Position numbers and translations under genes: made by a program
Notes under the pieces: generated by a model
Seen by the model: only the letters and a program-made list of their open reading frames with translations
What the model was told of the DNA's origin: nothing
The model's database searches: none
NCBI GenBank assembly: GCA_965208835.1
Contig: OZ242358.1
Location: forward strand, 4,576,001 to 4,640,000
DNA: 64,000 bases
Direction: 5' to 3'
Origin: Candidatus Latescibacterota bacterium
GTDB lineage: Bacteria; Latescibacterota; UBA2968; GCA-2709665
In this document: in pieces, positions 58,016-64,000 of the stretch
How positions within the stretch are numbered: position 1 is the stretch's first letter
Layout of the letters: every line of letters begins with the position of its first letter

Positions 58016-59269
58016 CTAATGATTATAGATAAGGTGCAATTCGAGGAAACTGTCTCGCCTGCTGGCGTAGGACAGGTCGCCCGCGTCGACGTCGAGAAGT
58101 GCAATCGCCTCCAGATGCAGGGAAAACCTGCCTGAGATTCGCCGGTTCAATTCGAACGTCAACACGCGCGTGGTCGTGTCGAAATCGTTCATCATGCTAC
58201 CGAGCACTTCGGTACTCTGGACGTCGTTGAACGCGAGCCGAGCGGCCAGGAAGAGGTCGTTTTGAAAGATATTCGTCGCATTCCGGCCGCGACCGTCGTA
58301 GTTCCATTCCCCGATCACGCTCAGTTCGGCTGCGGAACCCAATACGGAATAGATCGTATACTCGCCGCCCAGCGTCGCAGCGACGTAATCCTCTTCCACA
58401 CCTCGACGGTCCCGTGCGCCGGCCCGCCCCAGCGCTTCGAGCTTGAACAGCCAGGGTCCGGCGGTCACCTGGGCGTCCATCCCAAACTGGCGTATCCGTT
58501 CATATCCGGGTATCAGGAACGGCCCGCCGTTTCGGTCGATGCCGTGCGACAGCAGAGGATCACGGCTATTCCCATCGAAAACGCTGACACCCACGTCCAT
58601 GTCACCGGCACTACGACTGAAGCGCGCAGCGAATTCCGGATGCCACCGACCGGCGTCGTTCTCGTAAGAAACCCGCTCATTGTCTACAATGAGCGGGAAC
58701 CGCAAACGGCCGGAGCGCCCGGGAAACGTCCTGGGCCGGTGCCAGGTCATTCCGAACAGCTCGACCGCGCCCCAGTCTCCGGACAATGTGATATGGACCA
58801 TTGGCTGGCCCAGCGTGGGTTCCTTGTACGGGTGTTCCACGAGGTCGATCTGGTTGACGACATTCACCAGGCGGCGCGATTCGGTCACACCCCAGAATAC
58901 CCTGTCGACGCCCAGACGCAATTCCCATTCCTGACTGCGGATCTCGCCGAAGAACAGGAGATAGGCTTCCCGAAGATCGACATGGGTGCGCTGTTCGTCC
59001 CCGGCGTCGAAGCGGAAGAACGGCGCCAGGGTAAAGCTTCTGCCCCGGACGTCTTCGACGTAGAACCTGGGTTCGGCCACGACGCCACTGCCATGCGGTC
59101 GCTGGCCTGAATAGGCGCCGGTTTTGGGATACCAGCGGCTCTCGACGCTCAGGCGCCCGGTCAATTCCCGCGTTTCGATCTGGGCAACGGCATCGCCGAA
59201 TAATATGGGCGCAAGAATCCAGGCACCGAACAGCTGCGCGCATTGGAAGATAACACGGTTCGGCATCAA
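58016..59269 (-). CDS. Putative outer-membrane beta-barrel partner of the MMPL system
   Basis: Signal peptide; DLREAY, FWGVTE..VNVVNQ.D motifs; overlaps the upstream gene by 4 bp. Confidence 0.7.
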   Translation of the reverse strand: MMPNRVIFQCAQLFGAWILAPILFGDAVAQIETRELTGRLSVESRWYPKTGAYSGQRPHGSGVVAEPRFYVEDVRGRSFTLAPFFRFDAGDEQRTHVDLREAYLLFFGEIRSQEWELRLGVDRVFWGVTESRRLVNVVNQIDLVEHPYKEPTLGQPMVHITLSGDWGAVELFGMTWHRPRTFPGRSGRLRFPLIVDNERVSYENDAGRWHPEFAARFSRSAGDMDVGVSVFDGNSRDPLLSHGIDRNGGPFLIPGYERIRQFGMDAQVTAGPWLFKLEALGRAGARDRRGVEEDYVAATLGGEYTIYSVLGSAAELSVIGEWNYDGRGRNATNIFQNDLFLAARLAFNDVQSTEVLGSMMNDFDTTTRVLTFELNRRISGRFSLHLEAIALLDVDAGDLSYASRRDSFLELHLIYNH

Positions 59270-60081
59270 CGCGTCCGCTTCAATCCGGTGCGCGAAAAGT
59301 CCCTGACACCAAGTTCAGTCCGGAACTTGTAGCCCGTCCAGGACAGCACCGTGCTTTTCCCGGTGAGGTGATTGACCATGGTCATCACCCCCGCGCGCCA
59401 GTAACGACCCAGATACAGCTCATAGTTCTCCAGCGTAAGCGTCTTCAGATGCGCGTCCCTGCGGTCGTAGTACTCCACTTTCCGGACGCGAAGCTCGTCC
59501 CTGTCGCGCCACACCACCTGGCGGGTGTAGCCCGATTTCTTGTCCGTGGGGTAGCGTTCCGTTACGGTGCATGTACTATTGTCGCACGGCTCGTCACGCA
59601 GGTAGCGGTAGGTGAATTTCTCCACGGCCTGGGCGGTCATGTCTTCATAGGCGAACTCACTGCCCATGAAGGAACCGGACCGGTTCGACGAACTGATCCG
59701 CTTGACGCGCTTCAAGGCTGGCAGATAGAGCCATTGATCGTCCGCCCGGTCCCGGTGCGCGTGAACGAGAAGCGCCGTTCCCCGGACGTCGCGCGGCTCG
59801 TCAAATACAAACAGGCTCTTGTCGCCGGCTCCCGGTACCTCGAGGACCTTTACGCGGAGCTGGCGCCGGCTCTCCTGACCGTGCTTGTTGCGAAGCACCA
59901 TGACCTGCTGTGCCGTGAAGTTGCCAAAACCTTCCTCCCGGGCGCGGGATTCCCGGGCAATACTCAGGCCGGTTGCATCGGACACGGGGTTCTGCGAGGA
60001 AACGGACGCCGGCGCACCGATGCCCGCAGCGACAATCAGCCACGGCATCGAAGACGCGAACACCCTGCGAGAGTAACTCAT
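59266..60081 (-). CDS. Outer-membrane lipoprotein-sorting (LolA-like) protein
   Basis: PRDVRGTALL, DDQWLYLPALKRVKRI, SFMGSEFAYED. Confidence 0.88.
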   Translation of the reverse strand: MSYSRRVFASSMPWLIVAAGIGAPASVSSQNPVSDATGLSIARESRAREEGFGNFTAQQVMVLRNKHGQESRRQLRVKVLEVPGAGDKSLFVFDEPRDVRGTALLVHAHRDRADDQWLYLPALKRVKRISSSNRSGSFMGSEFAYEDMTAQAVEKFTYRYLRDEPCDNSTCTVTERYPTDKKSGYTRQVVWRDRDELRVRKVEYYDRRDAHLKTLTLENYELYLGRYWRAGVMTMVNHLTGKSTVLSWTGYKFRTELGVRDFSRTGLKRTR

Positions 60082-62369
60082 ATTTTCCTCCGGTCAATGG
60101 CAATCAGCAGCGTCGGCAGGAGCAGGAAATCGGCGACCAGCGCGAAGATGATCGTAATCGTGACAAGAAGGCCGAGCGCCCAACTCACCTCGAATCCCGA
60201 CGTGGCGAATACCAGAAAACCCGCCGACAGAACCGTAGTGGTTGTCCATAAGGCATGGCCCACCGTGCGGAAGGCATAGCGCACCGCCTCCGGTGCGGCA
60301 AGATTCTCGCGTCGGGCCTTGAGGTACTTGCTCAGAAAGTGAATCGTATCGTCGACGACGATTCCGAAAACCACGGCAATGACCACTGACGAGGCAATGC
60401 CCACGTGTCCAACGAGATACCCCCACAGGCCGAAGCTCATCATCGCGGGGATAAAATTCGGCAGCAGACTAAGGAGTCCGATCCGTACGCTCTTGAATAT
60501 CCAGATCAGAATAAACGAAATGAGCGCCATGGCCAGAATCGTTCCGCGCAGCATACTGTTGATATTCCGCAGCGACAGGTGGGCGAAGACAATGCTCAAC
60601 CCCGATGCCTCCTGCGCGAAACCGGGCGCGTTTGCGCGTAGCCAGACCTGTGCGCGTTCATCGAGTTCGCGCAGGTCGCGCGACCAGGCGTTTCGGGTGG
60701 TGACGACCATGCGGGTCGCGGATTTGGCCACATCGATGCGATCGTTTAGATCGTTTCCGAAGGGCAGCGACAGTTCGAAGAGCAGCAGGTACTGCGCGGC
60801 GAGCTCCGGGTCTTCAGGCAGACGATGAAACGACGGATCGTCGCCGTGCATGTTCCTGTTCAGCCGTTTCATGATGTCCGAAAACACCTGGACGTGAGTC
60901 ACCTCGGGTTGCTGCCTGTACCACCCCGCGAAAGCATCGATCCGCCGGAGGTAATCCGGGTCGGTGATGCCTCCTTCCCTCCCCGCGTCCAGTGAATATT
61001 CCAGCTTGTCCAGTCCGGTCAGATTCTCGATGATATAGTCCGTGTCACGCCGGAACTCGTAGCGGTCGTCGAAATACTGAGCCATGTTGTCGCTGAGTTC
61101 AATGCGGGAAACGCCCAGGATCAGGCCGGCGACCACGAGTACGAGTACGACCAGAAGGATTCTGCTCCTGGAAATGACGAAGTCGGCGAAACGGTCGAGG
61201 AAATGGGCATCTCGAGGACCCCGTACAGACACCCGCAGCGGCAGGATGGACAACAGCGCGGGCAGGAGGGTGACTGAAAACACGAATGCACACAGGACAC
61301 CGAACGCAACGTAGTTGCCCAATACATGGAAGGGTGGTGAATCCGAGGCATTCAGGCTGAGGAACCCGACCGCGGTCGTTACGGAGGTTATGAACACCGG
61401 ATGGACATTGATACGGAATGACTCGACAATTGCCGCATTCCTCTCCAGGCCGCGCCTCATGCCAAGCAAGACACTCGTGACGATATGTATGGCGTCAGCC
61501 ATGGCGATCACCATGACAATGATCGGTACCCCCGCGTTCGTTGGGCTGAACACAACGCGGCTCCAGCCGGCGAACCCCACGGTGGTATTGACGACAAACA
61601 CGATGACGGCGATGATGGCCAACGTGCCGGGGACCGATCGCAGAAGCACGATCGTGGCGCCTATGATGATGACGAACACGATCGGCGTCAGCGTCTGCAG
61701 GTCGTCCTGGGTGGCGTCGGAAAAGGTGCGGTTCATCACAACGTCGCCCGTAAGATGGTAGGCGATGTCCGGATGCCGTGTCCGGGCGTCGCTCAGGATC
61801 GAACGGAGATAGTCTGTTATTTCTACCACGGCCTGGTCCGGATTCTCCGGCAGGACGAAATTGACGGCCACGCCGGCCGTTCGCCCGTCGCGGGAAACCA
61901 GGCGCCCGGCGATTTCGGCGGCCTCCAGCGCGATCCGTTCAACACGCGCCACCCCGGCGTCATCCAGTGCCTGCGCGTCTTCGACGAGCGGCGCGACAAT
62001 CAGGTCATCTCCGGATGCCTCGCTGTGCGTATAGTTGGTGAGGGAGTTGACGCGGCTGGAATAGGGCGTTCGCCACGCGGCCTCGGTCATCTCTTCAATC
62101 GCGCCGAGCGCTTCCCTGGTGAACGCCGAGCCGTGTTTGGGCGTAATGGCAATCAATGCCGCGTTGGAAGTCGAATAGGTGTTCTCGAGCGCGTCGAAAG
62201 CGAGAAGCTGAGGGTTGTCTTTGCTGAACAAAACGCGATAGTCGTTAGTTACCGTGATAAAACGGACACCGGCTGTCATGGCCGCCATCAGCAGCGTCGC
62301 CGCCGCGATCACGATCCACCGATAGCGCAGAATGGCGTCTATGAATCGATCCTGGCGCATAAGCGTCAT
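60078..62369 (-). CDS. MMPL/RND family lipid transporter
   Basis: Two repeats of TM + periplasmic loop + 5 TM; ADAIH, TSVTTAVGF, GIVVDDTIHF; start set at 62369 because the longer ORF start lies inside a palindrome. Confidence 0.9.
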   Translation of the reverse strand: MTLMRQDRFIDAILRYRWIVIAAATLLMAAMTAGVRFITVTNDYRVLFSKDNPQLLAFDALENTYSTSNAALIAITPKHGSAFTREALGAIEEMTEAAWRTPYSSRVNSLTNYTHSEASGDDLIVAPLVEDAQALDDAGVARVERIALEAAEIAGRLVSRDGRTAGVAVNFVLPENPDQAVVEITDYLRSILSDARTRHPDIAYHLTGDVVMNRTFSDATQDDLQTLTPIVFVIIIGATIVLLRSVPGTLAIIAVIVFVVNTTVGFAGWSRVVFSPTNAGVPIIVMVIAMADAIHIVTSVLLGMRRGLERNAAIVESFRINVHPVFITSVTTAVGFLSLNASDSPPFHVLGNYVAFGVLCAFVFSVTLLPALLSILPLRVSVRGPRDAHFLDRFADFVISRSRILLVVLVLVVAGLILGVSRIELSDNMAQYFDDRYEFRRDTDYIIENLTGLDKLEYSLDAGREGGITDPDYLRRIDAFAGWYRQQPEVTHVQVFSDIMKRLNRNMHGDDPSFHRLPEDPELAAQYLLLFELSLPFGNDLNDRIDVAKSATRMVVTTRNAWSRDLRELDERAQVWLRANAPGFAQEASGLSIVFAHLSLRNINSMLRGTILAMALISFILIWIFKSVRIGLLSLLPNFIPAMMSFGLWGYLVGHVGIASSVVIAVVFGIVVDDTIHFLSKYLKARRENLAAPEAVRYAFRTVGHALWTTTTVLSAGFLVFATSGFEVSWALGLLVTITIIFALVADFLLLPTLLIAIDRRKI

Positions 62370-62400
62370 CGCCGCCCCCATCCCCGTCCGGGAGCGGCGA

Positions 62401-62598
62401 TGACCTGGCCGTCGCTTAGAAGCTGTTTTAAAATTGCCGGTGAGTTCCCGAGCGCGGGCGAAAAAGTGGCGGTCAAGGCGGGAAAACCCACCCATATTTG
62501 TCTATACGGGTGGGTTTGACCAACGCCGACCGGCGCTTTTGTAGCCGTGCGAAGACCGCTGGGAATTTTAAGACAGCTTCGTATGGACGACAGCGTCA
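62401..62598. repeat. ~200 bp imperfect palindrome
   Basis: Nested arms gaagctgttttaaaatt/aattttaagacagcttc, aaaagtggcggtc/gaccggcgctttt, aaacccaccc/gggtgggttt. Confidence 0.8.
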
Positions 62599-62694
62599 AC
62601 ACCGGCGAATTCGGGAATACTCGTGCCATCTATTCGATAAATCTCCCGCTGTCCATTGCCCGGACGGGTACGTCATCCGCCGTGCGGGAATCGA

Positions 62695-63972
62695 TTAGTA
62701 AGGGCTCGACTTCGACGAGTGAACGTGATCGGGCATCCTGTAGCTCATTCCGCCCAGCCCAACCTCGTCGTACACCGAGATCTCGAGCATCTGGGTGAAG
62801 TTTTCCGACCTGATCGACTGTTTGCTCTTCAGCAGCTGCTGCAAGCGTTGCTTCAGCCGATATAACAGGAGTACCCCGAACGTATTGGTTTTGGGAAATC
62901 GCAACTGGTCCGCCAGCCGGTTACCGATCAGGGACCTCGAAAGGCGGTAGGCCAGCGCTTTCACGTCCCGTTGTTCATCCGGGTCCTCGATACCCGCAGT
63001 CAGCGGGATGGCCTCGACCAAAGCGTTAGCCATCGTGGCTGAGTCATGGTCCGGCTCCGGCTCGCACATCAGGGCGATCTTGAATATCTCCCGGGCGTGC
63101 GCTTCATCGGTGAACAGGATGGACTCGGGCACGCCCATCACGTGACCCGCGTACCGCCAGATGCGGATAATGCTGTCTTTTTCTTCCTGGTTGAGCGTCG
63201 CCCCGACGGCCACCGAGTGCTGCATCAGTCGCATGGAGAAGACGGTGATGGCGAATCCCAGATGCGCCGCACTTAACGGGATACCCCAGGCTTCGGTATT
63301 CCACTCGCCGGAATTCGCCAGCAGGTGCCTGACTTTTGCATGGACGAACCGAAGGCGCATGGACAGCTTCCATCCGTCGCCGTCTCTTCGCAAGCCTCCC
63401 GGGAAGAACAATTCCAGAAGATGGCGGTTATTCTGCATGAGGCGCCTTCTTGCCGTCGAACGGTTCAAAACGCGTCCGGTGGTGGCGAAGGACTTGGCGA
63501 TCATTGTCGCGAACCCCTCGATCAGCACGCCCGTTACAAATGCGACCAGGATGTTTGTCGTGTTCGAATGGAACGCGCGCATGCCCGGCCTGAAGGACTC
63601 GTACTCGAACCATGGCGGATCTTCCAGGTTGTCGAAAAAATCGCGCAGCGCCGATGGAGCGCTACGCATGACGTCTTCCTCCTCGTCGATGCCGGCTTTG
63701 ATGAACCTGTGCAGGTCCTGGGACGGAAGATCGGCCAATTCCTCCATGACCGGATCGAGCGGCGGGTCGCCGACGGTCGTATGTCTGATATAGTTGTCGG
63801 CAAGCGCGCGGTCGTACCGCCGGCCTGTCGGATAGCCGTCAATATATGCGGAAGGTACCGTTATGATGCCGCTGTCTCCTTGCAGTTTCTTCAAGAGATT
63901 TCCGAACACGGCCGCGAGATTTCCGTTTGCCGCTTTCAAGTTGCAGACCGCGTTCTTCAATCGGACAATCAC
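62695..63972 (-). CDS. MpaB/latex-clearing-protein-like (DUF2236) heme oxygenase; start uncertain
   Basis: GDPPLD, ATTGR..RRL, RLRFVHAKVRH (heme His), WGIP, WRYAGHVMGV. Confidence 0.8.
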   Translation of the reverse strand: MIVRLKNAVCNLKAANGNLAAVFGNLLKKLQGDSGIITVPSAYIDGYPTGRRYDRALADNYIRHTTVGDPPLDPVMEELADLPSQDLHRFIKAGIDEEEDVMRSAPSALRDFFDNLEDPPWFEYESFRPGMRAFHSNTTNILVAFVTGVLIEGFATMIAKSFATTGRVLNRSTARRRLMQNNRHLLELFFPGGLRRDGDGWKLSMRLRFVHAKVRHLLANSGEWNTEAWGIPLSAAHLGFAITVFSMRLMQHSVAVGATLNQEEKDSIIRIWRYAGHVMGVPESILFTDEAHAREIFKIALMCEPEPDHDSATMANALVEAIPLTAGIEDPDEQRDVKALAYRLSRSLIGNRLADQLRFPKTNTFGVLLLYRLKQRLQQLLKSKQSIRSENFTQMLEISVYDEVGLGGMSYRMPDHVHSSKSSPY

Positions 63973-64000
63973 TTAATCTAATACTTTCGCACGCAAAAAT

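Overview
GC-rich bacterial window. Gene content (TonB-dependent receptor + T9SS-type cargo + PorV, and many DUF6785-like, PhyH and beta-propeller paralogs) resembles FCB-superphylum candidate phyla such as Latescibacterota/KSB1; this taxonomy is inference only. Positions 66-57176 are an almost entirely plus-strand uptake and catabolic island built from repeated paralog families: four ~660 aa multi-pass DUF6785/DUF6784-like membrane proteins, each directly next to a PhyH-type Fe(II)/2-oxoglutarate dioxygenase; three GH42-like TIM-barrel proteins; three short five-bladed propellers plus a longer one; two deacetylase-like proteins; two C45 Ntn-hydrolases. Single-copy genes include a threonine-synthase-like PLP enzyme, BNR sialidase-like protein, Ldh2 oxidoreductase, CocE hydrolase, DgoD-like enolase, tandem amidohydrolase and NeuD-like acetyltransferase. 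One PhyH has a halogenase-like HxG motif. The island is interrupted by an MNT/(broken HepT) plus DinJ-YafQ insertion, two deletion scars and several REP-like palindromes. The right end (57219-63972, minus strand) has an MpaB/Lcp-like heme oxygenase, a ~200 bp palindrome, an MMPL + LolA-like + outer-membrane barrel module and a Tat-exported intradiol dioxygenase. No rRNA, tRNA, CRISPR array or intact transposase was seen. All family assignments come from motif recognition by eye, not database searches.
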